Virus record (IMG/VR): IMGVR_UViG_3300021255_002694
Source: a virus
Taxonomy: Duplodnaviria; Caudoviricetes
Direction: 5' to 3' (one strand)
DNA length: 64,000 bases
Part shown: positions 9,680-19,775 of the stretch, in pieces
How positions within the stretch are numbered: position 1 is the stretch's first letter
Layout of the letters: every line of letters begins with the position of its first letter
The notes under the pieces: generated by a model
Seen by the model: the letters and a program-made list of their open reading frames with translations, nothing else
The model's database searches: none
Told to the model about the DNA's origin: nothing
Translations under genes and position numbers: made by a program

Positions 9680-11533
9680 ATGTCAAATACAAAAAGTATT
9701 ACTCTGTCTGACGAGCAACAGCGATTTATTGAATGCGCAAAGAAAGGTCAGAATATTAAAGTATCTGCATGTATTGGTTCTGGAAAGACAACCGCAATTC
9801 AAAAACTATGTGATGTTCTAAAAGGTAAGTCAATTCTTTATCTTACATACAATAAACTATTAAAGCTAGATGCTCAAAGTAAGATCAAGAATAAAGGCGT
9901 TGTGGTTCAAAATTATCACGGATTTGCATACAATGAATTGAAGTATAACGGAATTAGATGCCCGATACAACAACTAATTAAAGTGTACAATGAAGTAAAA
10001 CCGCCGATCTCTGAATATTTTGATGTTCTTATTCTTGATGAATACCAAGATATTGATAATGAAATTTCTAAGATGCTTACATATATTAAAGAAATTTTAC
10101 CAAATGTTCAGATCGTTGCTGTTGGAGACATGGAACAAAAAATCTATGATTATACTGATCTTGACGTTGTAAAATTCATGGATAAGTTTCTTGATAAGCA
10201 TAATGAAATGACTTTTTCAAGATGTTTCAGACTATCTAAAGACTATGCTTGTAAACTAGGTAACGCTTGGAACAAACCTATTATAGGTGTAAACAATAAC
10301 TGCTCTATCGAAAAAATGACAAAACCGGAGATAATTGAATATCTGAAAACACTTGATCCTGGTGATGTTTTATGCCTAGGCGCAAGATATGGTGACATGG
10401 TTGATGTACTAAATAGACTTGAAACAGAGTGCAGAGAGAAATATAATAAGTTCACAACATATGCATCAATCTCTGATAGAGATAAAGGTAGAGTTGATCC
10501 TAGAGATGATGTTGCAATCTTCACAACATTTGATTCTTCCAAGGGGCTTGAAAGAAAAGTCTGTATTGTATTTGATTTTGATGATGCTTATTGGGAAACA
10601 CGTAAAAAGCAACCAAATGTAAAATATAATATCCTCAGAAATATCTTCTTAGTGGCAGCAAGCCGTGGAAAAGAAAAGATCATTTTCTGTACTGGTGGAA
10701 ATAAAGAGATGCTTGAATTTGACGCTATTTCAGAACCATTTGAAACGTCACAAGACTATTCAGCACATCCATTTGATATGTCAACAATGTTTGATTATAA
10801 ATACAAAGAAGATGTTGCACGAGCATATGAATGTTTAGATATTAAGCAGATTGAAACAAGTGATCACACAGAGATCAATATTCAATCAACTGATGGTTTG
10901 ATTGATATGAGTCCATGCATCGGCATTTTCACAGAGGCTTGTTTCTTTAAGAATTACGATATTGATAAACGCATTAGGTTTCAGTTAAGCTGCGATAATA
11001 AGATGTTTCGTCAAGAGGATATGAAAGAGTTGACATTTTCCGATCTCATTAGAAAGATTAGATACTCTGTATATCTTAATACAAAACAAAGAAGATATTT
11101 TACACAGAGTAGAAAATCATTCGTAACACCAGAAGATGAAGAAATTATTAAAAGCAGACTTTCTGAATTTTTGACTCCTGATTGCGATACACAAAAGCAT
11201 TGCTCGATTAAGTGTGAGTATCTTGATGCAAATAATCAGGAAAAAGTAATTGAACTTAAAGGTCTTACGGATGCGATCAAGGATGATATAATCTATGAGA
11301 TCAAATTCATTCACGATGTATCGTATGAAAACTTCCTACAGGTAGCATCGTATATGCTTGCACTTGATTATGAAGTCGGAAGAATTTGGAATATTAGAAC
11401 CAATGAAATGTTTGAGGTTCGCATTAAGGACAGAGATGAACTATTGAAGAATATTGTTCGTTGTGTTACAAAGGGAACAATTCAGGAATTTACATTGGTC
11501 AAGGAGGAAAACTGTAATGTGGAAGTATCCTAA
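9680..11533 (+). CDS. superfamily 1 (UvrD-like) helicase with C-terminal PD-(D/E)xK nuclease-like domain
   Basis: Walker A GSGKTT, DEYQD, VGDMEQKIY, SKGLE, VAASRG; C-terminal GLTDAI..YEIKF..LQVASY. Confidence 0.85.
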   Translation: MSNTKSITLSDEQQRFIECAKKGQNIKVSACIGSGKTTAIQKLCDVLKGKSILYLTYNKLLKLDAQSKIKNKGVVVQNYHGFAYNELKYNGIRCPIQQLIKVYNEVKPPISEYFDVLILDEYQDIDNEISKMLTYIKEILPNVQIVAVGDMEQKIYDYTDLDVVKFMDKFLDKHNEMTFSRCFRLSKDYACKLGNAWNKPIIGVNNNCSIEKMTKPEIIEYLKTLDPGDVLCLGARYGDMVDVLNRLETECREKYNKFTTYASISDRDKGRVDPRDDVAIFTTFDSSKGLERKVCIVFDFDDAYWETRKKQPNVKYNILRNIFLVAASRGKEKIIFCTGGNKEMLEFDAISEPFETSQDYSAHPFDMSTMFDYKYKEDVARAYECLDIKQIETSDHTEINIQSTDGLIDMSPCIGIFTEACFFKNYDIDKRIRFQLSCDNKMFRQEDMKELTFSDLIRKIRYSVYLNTKQRRYFTQSRKSFVTPEDEEIIKSRLSEFLTPDCDTQKHCSIKCEYLDANNQEKVIELKGLTDAIKDDIIYEIKFIHDVSYENFLQVASYMLALDYEVGRIWNIRTNEMFEVRIKDRDELLKNIVRCVTKGTIQEFTLVKEENCNVEVS

Positions 11534-12128
11534 ATCGTATAAACATTTTATCAACTGGATGTACAAAAAAGTAACCAGACTTGAAAAGGAAGCACCTAAC
11601 AGATTTCGTATTCTAACAAGCAGAGATAAGAATGGAAATCTTGAATGTGTTATGTTTGCCGATCTTGATTGTAGTGGTGGCTCTTTCCATAAGGTAGTTA
11701 ATCAAAATCAACTTGTATACTATACATATAATCTTCCAATTAAATTTGATAGACAGCTATCAAAAGAACTATTTGAAAAAGAGTTTATTGCACTTGCATA
11801 TGCAGATCATATTGATGCATTTGTTCCAAACGGACGCGACGTTAAACTTTGTAGGTTGAAGCCTGATATCGTGTTCCATGATGTTACCGGAGACTACAAA
11901 CTTGTTGGTGTAAAGTCTGTAAAAATCGGAATCGGTAAAAGAACGTACTATGAACTTATTAAACTAGATGGCAATATACATATGCTTCTTTCAACTGAAA
12001 GTTTTTGCGACTGTACAGTAGATATTGTAGACTTCTATAATATCACAGAGAAGAAAGAAATTTGTCCAGAATACATTACATTTGAAACACGCGAAGAATT
12101 TACAGAATATTTTGATAAAATGAGGTGA
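11517..12128 (+). CDS. hypothetical protein
   Basis: AAGGAGG RBS before ATG 11517. Confidence 0.7.
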   Translation: MWKYPKSYKHFINWMYKKVTRLEKEAPNRFRILTSRDKNGNLECVMFADLDCSGGSFHKVVNQNQLVYYTYNLPIKFDRQLSKELFEKEFIALAYADHIDAFVPNGRDVKLCRLKPDIVFHDVTGDYKLVGVKSVKIGIGKRTYYELIKLDGNIHMLLSTESFCDCTVDIVDFYNITEKKEICPEYITFETREEFTEYFDKMR

Positions 12129-12133
12129 TCATT

Positions 12134-12325
12134 ATGAGAGAAAACACATGTGTCTGCTGTGGCAGAGAGATTCCAGAGGGATTACAGGTTTGTAAATTTT
12201 GCGAAACAAATGCATCAAAAACTACCGAAGTAAAAGATCATACAAAACTGCTCCGAGCAGTTAGACTTGTGCTTTGTCTCTCTGTAATCATCACAGCAGT
12301 ATTTGTAGTAATTTTTAATAAGTAA
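12134..12325 (+). CDS. small CxxC-CxxC protein with C-terminal transmembrane helix
   Basis: CVCCG...CKFC; hydrophobic C-terminus. Confidence 0.6.
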   Translation: MRENTCVCCGREIPEGLQVCKFCETNASKTTEVKDHTKLLRAVRLVLCLSVIITAVFVVIFNK

Positions 12326-12329
12326 GCAC

Positions 12330-12370
12330 ATACCGCACAATCATTTTTATGTGTTTGTGCGGTATTTTTT
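12330..12370 (+). terminator. intrinsic terminator
   Basis: ATACCGCACA / TGTGCGGTAT stem plus T-tract. Confidence 0.7.
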
Positions 12371-12382
12371 CTAAAAATACTA

Positions 12383-12417
12383 TTGACAAATTCACATCTT
12401 TGTGGTATACTATATTT
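12383..12417 (+). promoter_or_regulatory. sigmaA-type promoter P4
   Basis: TTGACA-N17-TATACT-ATATTT. Confidence 0.85.
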
Positions 12418-12433
12418 ATAAGGGGTGATTAGC

Positions 12434-12751
12434 ATGAAAACACTAGAAGATTTCCTGAAAGAACTTGATCGTGGTGAATATGCAGATCATATAAAGAGAA
12501 ATGTGACTATTATTATCAAACAGCTAAACAGCACAACACAGTTTCCCGTGTTCGGATCGGTTAATCAAGATATCACAAATTTCATATCATCTGGAAGTTT
12601 TGATTCCATTAGGAAATCAGAACGAGTTAGTCAATACTGTGAATATCCTGTTATCATGATTGATAACTATATGAATAACCTATTTATCTACATTGACGGA
12701 ACAACGCTGTATCCGGAAGAACCAAAATTTTATTGGGAGAAGGAGAATTAA
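12434..12751 (+). CDS. hypothetical protein
   Basis: First gene after P4. Confidence 0.7.
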   Translation: MKTLEDFLKELDRGEYADHIKRNVTIIIKQLNSTTQFPVFGSVNQDITNFISSGSFDSIRKSERVSQYCEYPVIMIDNYMNNLFIYIDGTTLYPEEPKFYWEKEN

Positions 12752-12752
12752 A

Positions 12753-13031
12753 ATGTCTAAATCTATTTCTGTTAGTAATTTTCTTTTCGGTGTTAAAAAC
12801 AAGGATATTGAAATTGATAATTTTAACATGGAAAATATCATTGTTTATAAATATATTGCAAGCACAAAAAGCAAGGTTGAACTTGTGCGTGGTAACTTTG
12901 ACAAGGTTTATGATTTCCTAGATAGAGAATACTGGCTTGATAACGATATAAAAGAATTAACAGTAAGTAAAGGTAAACCAACAGAAATTGAAATTGATTA
13001 TAAATGTGACTGTCTACTTTTTCGAGTGTAA
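12753..13031 (+). CDS. hypothetical protein, paralog of 15696
   Basis: GNFDKVYDFL vs GNFDDVYQFI. Confidence 0.65.
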   Translation: MSKSISVSNFLFGVKNKDIEIDNFNMENIIVYKYIASTKSKVELVRGNFDKVYDFLDREYWLDNDIKELTVSKGKPTEIEIDYKCDCLLFRV

Positions 13032-13058
13032 TTGATTTCAGAAAGGAGAGTCATTCAG

Positions 13059-13343
13059 ATGGCTGACTTCGGATACTGGCTTGCTAGAAGAATCGAAGAG
13101 CAAGGTAAACTAAACAAACTTATGGAAAAAGAAGAGTTTTTAAACTCCGCTTTAAGAATTTTGAATGGTTTGCACCTAGGCATTGATGAGGGGGCTAATC
13201 CATATCACTTTGATATTGATGATGTAGAATATACAGAAAAGTATGTAAAGAATATGTTAAGTGATATTGAAAAAGATATGAAAGACGCTGAATATAATAT
13301 TTCTATCTGCAATAGAGCAATGGACGGTGAGATTTCTAAGTGA
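13059..13343 (+). CDS. hypothetical protein
   Basis: AAAGGAG RBS. Confidence 0.65.
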   Translation: MADFGYWLARRIEEQGKLNKLMEKEEFLNSALRILNGLHLGIDEGANPYHFDIDDVEYTEKYVKNMLSDIEKDMKDAEYNISICNRAMDGEISK

Positions 13344-13897
13344 AGATCGGAATAGATATTGATAATACTGTGGTAAATACCGCTGAAACGATAATAGATT
13401 ATATAAATGAGAGACTTCCAGTCAATCTTTGTATTGATGATATAAAGCAGTATTATATTGAATATGCGTTGCCAGAGCAGTTCAGATGGATTGTTGAAGC
13501 TGCATTTAGAGATAGCTTAATGTGGAAGAGAGTAAAACTTATTGACGGCGTTTATGATGCACTAAAGGAAATGTATCTTGCCGGACATGATATATACTTT
13601 GTAACAAGTTCTTCACCAGAAAACTTTAAGAAGAAAGTCGGTAATCTTGAAAGAGTATTTGACTTTATTCCAAAGCATTATGTTTGGTCACACTCAATAA
13701 ATATTCAAGAGAAGCAGATGCTAAAATTGGATGTTTTGATTGATGATTTCATGGATAATTTAACCGGAGATCGTGAATACATTAGCGTATGTATTGAATA
13801 TCCGTGGAATCATATAGTAGATGATGAAAATTTTTACAGAACCAAATGGTGTAATGTGTGTCGATTGATTGATTTAATTGATAAATCTAAGAAGTGA
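13340..13897 (+). CDS. HAD-family 5'(3')-deoxyribonucleotidase
   Basis: IGIDIDNTV motif I, FVTS motif II, VLIDD motif IV, YPWN. Confidence 0.85.
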   Translation: MKIGIDIDNTVVNTAETIIDYINERLPVNLCIDDIKQYYIEYALPEQFRWIVEAAFRDSLMWKRVKLIDGVYDALKEMYLAGHDIYFVTSSSPENFKKKVGNLERVFDFIPKHYVWSHSINIQEKQMLKLDVLIDDFMDNLTGDREYISVCIEYPWNHIVDDENFYRTKWCNVCRLIDLIDKSKK

Positions 13898-13907
13898 GGA
13901 TCACAAG

Positions 13908-14534
13908 ATGATTGATTATTACGAAAAATATAGAGAAGTTGCAAATGAGAAATTTAAGAATCATGTTGCAACTATTGTAGAAGATACAGATTCTATTATT
14001 TCTATTGATTTTAGAAATAAGAGTGGAAGTTCATCTTATTATGTCAATTATATCATTGATAAGCGCTATGGCACACTTATCATTAGTGGTGATCTTGGTT
14101 ACTGTATTGCAGAGTGGTCACATCAAAATGATGCATCATCAATTAAAAATCTAATTAAAGATGATCCTGAATACTTCATTAGCAAGTTTAAGACTTCTAC
14201 AGATAAAACATACTATGATGAGGATAAACTATATTCAGATATAATGGAACTTGTTTCTGAGGATCAGTTAGAAGATGCACGTTCAATGTGGGATTCTGAG
14301 TGGCATCGAAACAGTGATGATAAAACTTATACATTTGAGGATGATCTAAAATATTCTATCCATTGGAGTATATTTCATAGTGAGGATAGGATTTCAGAAG
14401 AATTACAGACTTTTGTTTTAGAGCTTCTTGACATTGATTTGTATGAGATGTCACATATCGGTGAAGCGATTGCACCTAGAGTGTACTTGTGGATTTTTGG
14501 ATATTTGATGGCTTGTGAGCAGTTAGGATTGTGA
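13908..14534 (+). CDS. hypothetical phage protein
   Basis: Long ORF, GTGAGG RBS. Confidence 0.7.
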   Translation: MIDYYEKYREVANEKFKNHVATIVEDTDSIISIDFRNKSGSSSYYVNYIIDKRYGTLIISGDLGYCIAEWSHQNDASSIKNLIKDDPEYFISKFKTSTDKTYYDEDKLYSDIMELVSEDQLEDARSMWDSEWHRNSDDKTYTFEDDLKYSIHWSIFHSEDRISEELQTFVLELLDIDLYEMSHIGEAIAPRVYLWIFGYLMACEQLGL

Positions 14535-14538
14535 TAGT

Positions 14539-14763
14539 ATGCTAGCATCTGATATAGTGTTTGTAATGGCTCTGATCATATCATTGATCAGTGCGTTCAT
14601 CTTGATAATTCTTCCAATAGTATGTCTTATATATTGTCTAGGATTCTTTGAGACAAGTAGAAAAGATTTTACGAGAAGAACAGTTATACCTATTCTTTTA
14701 TATATTTTTGTATTTGGATCATCTTCCGGAATACTTTGGTTATTCTATTTTATGCTGAAATAA
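14539..14763 (+). CDS. small two-TM membrane protein
   Basis: Two hydrophobic segments. Confidence 0.55.
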   Translation: MLASDIVFVMALIISLISAFILIILPIVCLIYCLGFFETSRKDFTRRTVIPILLYIFVFGSSSGILWLFYFMLK

Positions 14764-14775
14764 GGAGGTGTTTGT

Positions 14776-15096
14776 ATGCACATTGATTTTGTAGGTGATC
14801 TTGACCTATCTGACTTCCCAACTGCCGAAGAAGCACGGAACTTATATGAAACCAATTTCCGTCAAGCGTATACAGCAGAGGCAAGTTCAATATTTAACTA
14901 TATCGGAGAAGAGATTATTAAGTATGCTCGGCTTGCTAAAAATGAGTTTTACATATCTCTTTTTGAGGATAGTTACGAATATGTTAAATTGGATGAAGAT
15001 TTCATTGCTGATCTGAAATCTGTTTTGAATACAAACAAATTCACTTTTGGCATTGAAAAACTTGAAAACGAAATTATTTTGAAAATTACTCTATAA
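14776..15096 (+). CDS. hypothetical protein
   Basis: AAGGAGGTG RBS. Confidence 0.7.
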   Translation: MHIDFVGDLDLSDFPTAEEARNLYETNFRQAYTAEASSIFNYIGEEIIKYARLAKNEFYISLFEDSYEYVKLDEDFIADLKSVLNTNKFTFGIEKLENEIILKITL

Positions 15097-15111
15097 ATTT
15101 CAAAAAACCAC

Positions 15112-15146
15112 TTGACAAATGTTTTGAAATGTGGTATACTATATTT
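15112..15146 (+). promoter_or_regulatory. sigmaA-type promoter P5
   Basis: TTGACA-N17-TATACT-ATATTT. Confidence 0.85.
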
Positions 15147-15201
15147 ACAGATAAGATTTGTATGTGAAAAGACAATACTGACACTATGAGGGAGAAATAC
15201 T

Positions 15202-15456
15202 ATGAGTCTTGAAAAGATGGTATTTGAATCAAACCCTGTTAGACGGGGGAAGAAGCTGTATGCTATTGTTGACTGCGATTGTTGCGGTCAAAAATACTAT
15301 ATGAGGTCAAAAGACTGTGATTTTGTTGGATGCTCTAATGCATCAAGAGTCTTTTATGCAAATGTTCGGTGCTACAACTGTGGATTTAATGTTACAGGAT
15401 GTCATCTTGTAGAAGAAGATCAGCTTGAATTTCCGGAGGAAGCTGAAAATGAATAA
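15202..15456 (+). CDS. small zinc-ribbon-like protein
   Basis: CDCCG...CYNCG. Confidence 0.6.
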   Translation: MSLEKMVFESNPVRRGKKLYAIVDCDCCGQKYYMRSKDCDFVGCSNASRVFYANVRCYNCGFNVTGCHLVEEDQLEFPEEAENE

Positions 15457-15709
15457 TTTTGAATATATTGTAATTTCTGATACGAACAGAGTCATTGCGC
15501 ACTTTGCAGAACTTGAAGATGCTGTTCTTTTTGTTCAGGCTTCATTTGAAAAATTTTACGCAGAACCGGATGTACTGTATTCCATTAAGCGTGTAACCGT
15601 TAGTGATAAGACTTCTGTCATCAATGTTCATGATCATATCGAACAGGAGCAGATTGATGAAATGGTCGATCATTTAAGACCAGGGGTTTATGGATATGAC
15701 TGTAAATGA
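15449..15709 (+). CDS. hypothetical protein
   Basis: GGAGG RBS. Confidence 0.6.
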   Translation: MNNFEYIVISDTNRVIAHFAELEDAVLFVQASFEKFYAEPDVLYSIKRVTVSDKTSVINVHDHIEQEQIDEMVDHLRPGVYGYDCK

Positions 15710-15998
15710 TCTGCTTTGTGGCATAGAAGAAAAATATACAAATTTCAAAGAATATAACTTTGAAATTTACACAATGAATGATCCAGATGCACTATTGCCT
15801 GTGTATCTGTTTGATAGTGACAATCTGAAACCAGTTGTATCTGGGAATTTCGATGATGTTTACCAGTTCATCTATCAAGAAGAATATCTGAGTTATAATG
15901 CTGTTTTTGTACGAAAGCATGACAATATTATTAAAGTATTTATCACATATAGACATTATGACAGAGATGTAATGCTGTGCGAGAAACTAGAGTTTTAA
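15696..15998 (+). CDS. hypothetical protein, paralog of 12753
   Basis: Shared GNFDxVY block. Confidence 0.65.
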   Translation: MTVNDLLCGIEEKYTNFKEYNFEIYTMNDPDALLPVYLFDSDNLKPVVSGNFDDVYQFIYQEEYLSYNAVFVRKHDNIIKVFITYRHYDRDVMLCEKLEF

Positions 15999-16046
15999 GA
16001 TAACTTCATGGCTGTTTGTTGAGTAACTTATATGTAGGTGGTTAAT

Positions 16047-16445
16047 ATGGAAAAAGAAATCTTCAATGCAAGAATTACAGATACAAGACTTGGATATGAC
16101 GATTTGAATAATCTTACACTTTGTTTATATACGGAATCTGAATATGGTATGTGCGGATTCGGTGGATGTACATTCGGTTGTCATAAAGATGATTATAGCA
16201 TTGATGATATGAGTCATGTAGGAAAGACATCATATATCAATTTTGAATGGACTTCTGAACTTATCATGAAAATTCTTGACACCGTTGGTGCTGATAAGTG
16301 GGAGGATATCAAGGGAAAATTGATCAGGATTCGTACAAATGGTAAAACTGGATGTGCTGGTGGAATTGAGGCTATTGGAAACATTTTAGAAAATAAGTGG
16401 TTTTCTATTCAAGATTTCTATGCAGAGAAAGGAATTTATGAATGA
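16047..16445 (+). CDS. hypothetical phage protein
   Basis: ORF in operon. Confidence 0.7.
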   Translation: MEKEIFNARITDTRLGYDDLNNLTLCLYTESEYGMCGFGGCTFGCHKDDYSIDDMSHVGKTSYINFEWTSELIMKILDTVGADKWEDIKGKLIRIRTNGKTGCAGGIEAIGNILENKWFSIQDFYAEKGIYE

Positions 16446-16909
16446 GATTCTTTGATCTATTTAGTAAACGAGAGAAAAGGCGTGGATCAAGCGTACCTAA
16501 GTATAGAGGATATACGCCGCCGCCGATGCCTAAAACAGCACCGTGCAAACCTGAAAATGACTTTCCTGATTTTGATATGCTTCATAACAAAGCAGAAGAT
16601 GCATTACGTGAAAGCAAGAGAAAATCATTTTATAGACTTATAGACAGAATATCAAAGGATATGGTAGAATCAGCAATGCATGGATCATTTCAATCAGGAA
16701 TGGTTATAAGACAAGGTGACTACATCGGACTAGATTTATCTAATCCGGATTCAACTGATTGTAAAAATGTGAAAGATTATATTCTATCTAAGGATTCTAG
16801 GTTTACTGTACTCATTGAACCTTTAGATGAAGTTTACAAAAAACGATGGCTGAAAGACGATGGTGTCCAATTAACTGTAAAGTGGGGTATCGAAGATGAA
16901 GCACATTGA
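16442..16909 (+). CDS. hypothetical protein
   Basis: ATGA overlap. Confidence 0.65.
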   Translation: MRFFDLFSKREKRRGSSVPKYRGYTPPPMPKTAPCKPENDFPDFDMLHNKAEDALRESKRKSFYRLIDRISKDMVESAMHGSFQSGMVIRQGDYIGLDLSNPDSTDCKNVKDYILSKDSRFTVLIEPLDEVYKKRWLKDDGVQLTVKWGIEDEAH

Positions 16910-17192
16910 GAACATTATCATAGGAGTTCCGCTTGTATCATGGACTGAACTAATTACAGACGGGACAAAGGAAGATATTAAAAAAGAAATTGAGCAAACA
17001 CATCTAACATCAGTTAGAAACCTTGCTTATATATTAAAAGAAATCGGTATTGTTTCTTCTGTATCTGAGGTACGTAGAAATAAACCTGATCTTTGTAAGG
17101 TCATTCCAGATGATGATACAGACTGTTTCTGGATCAAATGGGGCAAGCGTAGATTCTATGTTGTTGTTGGAAAGCACACATACATAGAATGA
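16896..17192 (+). CDS. S4-like RNA-binding protein resembling TyrRS C-terminal domain
   Basis: LKEIGIVSSVSEVRR...IKWGKRRFYVV matches the S4 pattern LxxxGLxxSxSEARR...GKKxF. Confidence 0.5.
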   Translation: MKHIENIIIGVPLVSWTELITDGTKEDIKKEIEQTHLTSVRNLAYILKEIGIVSSVSEVRRNKPDLCKVIPDDDTDCFWIKWGKRRFYVVVGKHTYIE

Positions 17193-17209
17193 GAAATTAG
17201 GTGATGTAT

Positions 17210-17653
17210 ATGTCAAGATATAAGGTAACAAAGCACGGGACCATGCATGTCAGTAAACATGAAATGATATTTTGTCCAGAATGTGCCTCGGAAATAATCA
17301 AATCAGACCGTAAAAGCGAAGTTGATTATGTGTTCTTTCGGCTAATTAAAAGAACAAAAACATATAGATTCATTAAATGTCCTGAATGTGGATGTGAAAT
17401 GCAAAAGATAGAAAAGACACAAATGAAACCTTGTATACTATTTCGGAAAATTTTAACATCAATTTTGCTTATTTCTTTGACGACATTTATTTTCTGGTTT
17501 ACAATCTATGCTGTGACACATGATAGTGGTGTGAAAACATGGCTTGGTGTATTAGGTGTTCTATCAATCTTTGTCACAATATTTATGTCCGTATTGGATA
17601 TATACTATATTGGTGACATATTAGAACATATACACATTTACAAGGAGTATTGA
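17210..17653 (+). CDS. zinc-ribbon plus two-TM membrane protein
   Basis: CPEC...CPECG then two hydrophobic helices. Confidence 0.65.
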   Translation: MSRYKVTKHGTMHVSKHEMIFCPECASEIIKSDRKSEVDYVFFRLIKRTKTYRFIKCPECGCEMQKIEKTQMKPCILFRKILTSILLISLTTFIFWFTIYAVTHDSGVKTWLGVLGVLSIFVTIFMSVLDIYYIGDILEHIHIYKEY

Positions 17654-17686
17654 TACTATATAAAATTTAATTAAAGGAGAATTTAT

Positions 17687-17968
17687 ATGGAACTAATGTC
17701 AATTAGAATGTTTATGGAGATTATGACTAATACTCTGATGCCGGATGATCAGAGTCCTTACTTTGGTATGTCTCCTGATAAGCGGTTGGATGCATTTGCA
17801 AAAGCATTCGAGGGTTATAAAGATTATCTTGATAGTAAATGCAAACCTGTAAAGATTTTAATTGAAGAAACACTTAAAGAAGTTAATATGTCTAATGTTA
17901 CAGATAAACTTCTTGAAGATATTGAAAATGATGTGTTTCCTGTATGTATTTTGTTTGCAATGGGATGA
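17687..17968 (+). CDS. hypothetical protein
   Basis: AAAGGAG RBS. Confidence 0.65.
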   Translation: MELMSIRMFMEIMTNTLMPDDQSPYFGMSPDKRLDAFAKAFEGYKDYLDSKCKPVKILIEETLKEVNMSNVTDKLLEDIENDVFPVCILFAMG

Positions 17969-17994
17969 TTTTATTTAAAGATTGAGGTGTAAAG

Positions 17995-18195
17995 ATGACT
18001 GTAAAAGAACTAAAAGAAAAGATCAATTCCATTCCTGAAACTATGAACGATATGCCAGTAGTAATTGAAAGACCTGATTATAATGATCATTGTCTTGGTG
18101 ATGGAATGGAAGATGTTACAAGTGTTGATGTTTGGAAATATGATCACCACAGAGAAGATAATCCTGCTGCTTGGCTTGAATTTCATTTTTATTGA
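17995..18195 (+). CDS. small phage protein (MTVxEL..P.DMPVV family, cf. 22042)
   Basis: N-terminus shared with 22042. Confidence 0.6.
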   Translation: MTVKELKEKINSIPETMNDMPVVIERPDYNDHCLGDGMEDVTSVDVWKYDHHREDNPAAWLEFHFY

Positions 18196-18313
18196 TGTTT
18201 TGATGTAAGTGATGTGATCATATGGATGTGCTTCCTGTATTCGTTGTGTATCTGGATTGATATAACTAAGGCGTGTTTTGTTATGAATGGGTTTATATGG
18301 GGTAGATGTTGAT

Positions 18314-18553
18314 ATGTCAAATTTAATTAGAAATGCTAAATTAGAAGAATTCAAGGAATCACTTTGTAGTTTCGGCATGAATTGTGGAATGTGTGTTTGT
18401 CAAGAATGTCCGAGAGATTGTTCTGAGTGTGCTGAAATTGAAGTTGGTGATCCTGAATGTTTATACATCTGCATGGATAGACAAGGTGTAAACAGATACA
18501 AAGGTTATAACGATGAAGAAGATGGTTGGATGAATTGGATTGATCTAACTTAA
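18314..18553 (+). CDS. Cys-rich hypothetical protein
   Basis: Multiple CxxC. Confidence 0.55.
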   Translation: MSNLIRNAKLEEFKESLCSFGMNCGMCVCQECPRDCSECAEIEVGDPECLYICMDRQGVNRYKGYNDEEDGWMNWIDLT

Positions 18554-18584
18554 TTACAGTAAGTGATTCGGATTGGAGTACAAT

Positions 18585-18800
18585 ATGAATGAGCGCAAAT
18601 GTAGAATATCATATGCCTTTCTACTTGATGGACAGATTGCAATATCAGCATTTGAAACAACATTTCCGCCTAAGATTGAAAATGATGTTGATTTCTTCGA
18701 TACAATAAGATCAAGGGTTGTTAAAAATATGGCAGACAATAATTTATCCGGAAGCGAATGTGAGAGTATCACTGTTCTTGGTTGGTCTTTCTATGATTAA
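18585..18800 (+). CDS. hypothetical protein
   Basis: GGAG RBS. Confidence 0.55.
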   Translation: MNERKCRISYAFLLDGQIAISAFETTFPPKIENDVDFFDTIRSRVVKNMADNNLSGSECESITVLGWSFYD

Positions 18801-18822
18801 GATTAGATTGGAGCATACTTAT

Positions 18823-19077
18823 ATGAGCAGTAAATCTTTGGAAGAACTTGAAGAAATGAAATCTATTCATGAGACATTGGTCAATCTATGTGAAGCTGTT
18901 ACAGCCCATGCAAAAACGCTAGATGAATATAGACAAGGCTTTAAGTTAGTTGAGGATGCAGTTGAAGCCTATCAAAAATCTATAAAGGCACTTGGAACAG
19001 TTTTAAGAGAATATGATAAAATTTCAAAAGAACATGAATTAAGATTGCTTGAACTAGAGAGCAAGTTGAAAGAATAA
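18823..19077 (+). CDS. coiled-coil hypothetical protein
   Basis: GGAG RBS; heptad E/K/L pattern. Confidence 0.6.
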   Translation: MSSKSLEELEEMKSIHETLVNLCEAVTAHAKTLDEYRQGFKLVEDAVEAYQKSIKALGTVLREYDKISKEHELRLLELESKLKE

Positions 19078-19091
19078 GGGGTATTTACATT

Positions 19092-19421
19092 ATGCGGATG
19101 TTAATTGACTACAAACAGTTGTTTACAATTATCATACATATTATAATGGAAACCGATCCTGACAGATATGAGTTCTGTTTTTCATATGACAGAAACGGAA
19201 GTAATGGAAAGTTATTTATCTGTGACAATAAGAGCGAGGATTTATGTAATTGGAGAAAAGCGCTGTGTTACGGAGAATATGCAGAGGTGACTGCGTTTAG
19301 GGATGAGATCATACAATTTGTTTCTGATGAATCAGACAAACTTAAATCTAATACTCTTGAATTTAGTAAACATCTATTTAAGGATATCGTAGAGGTGATA
19401 AATAATGAACATTCGACTTGA
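19092..19421 (+). CDS. hypothetical protein (tandem family with 19405, 19776)
   Basis: LIDYKQLFTIIIHI vs RLDYKVVAKIILGI. Confidence 0.65.
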   Translation: MRMLIDYKQLFTIIIHIIMETDPDRYEFCFSYDRNGSNGKLFICDNKSEDLCNWRKALCYGEYAEVTAFRDEIIQFVSDESDKLKSNTLEFSKHLFKDIVEVINNEHST

Positions 19422-19770
19422 TTATAAGGTGGTTGCAAAGATTATTTTAGGTATTGCAATGGATGATGATTTTTACCTTTTAATTTCTGATGATCACTCT
19501 GAACTTTATTGCATGGAAAAAGATAAAGTTAGAAGAAAAGCATTTGGATATAATTATAACACAACTCGTGGATGTTTTGATGCTGATAAGCTAATTGATA
19601 CAGTTGCATTCGGAACATCTGATGAACTTGCAAAACTTAAAGAATATATGGAAAATCAAGCAACAGAACTTAGAGATAAGGCATTGGAGTGTGCTACAAG
19701 ATGCTGTGTTTCAGAAACAGCACTTGATAAGAACGATGACTGTGAAAACAACAACACAATTACGTGGTGA
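19405..19770 (+). CDS. hypothetical protein
   Basis: GAGGTG RBS; ends ITW like 19776. Confidence 0.65.
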   Translation: MNIRLDYKVVAKIILGIAMDDDFYLLISDDHSELYCMEKDKVRRKAFGYNYNTTRGCFDADKLIDTVAFGTSDELAKLKEYMENQATELRDKALECATRCCVSETALDKNDDCENNNTITW

Positions 19771-19775
19771 TATGT

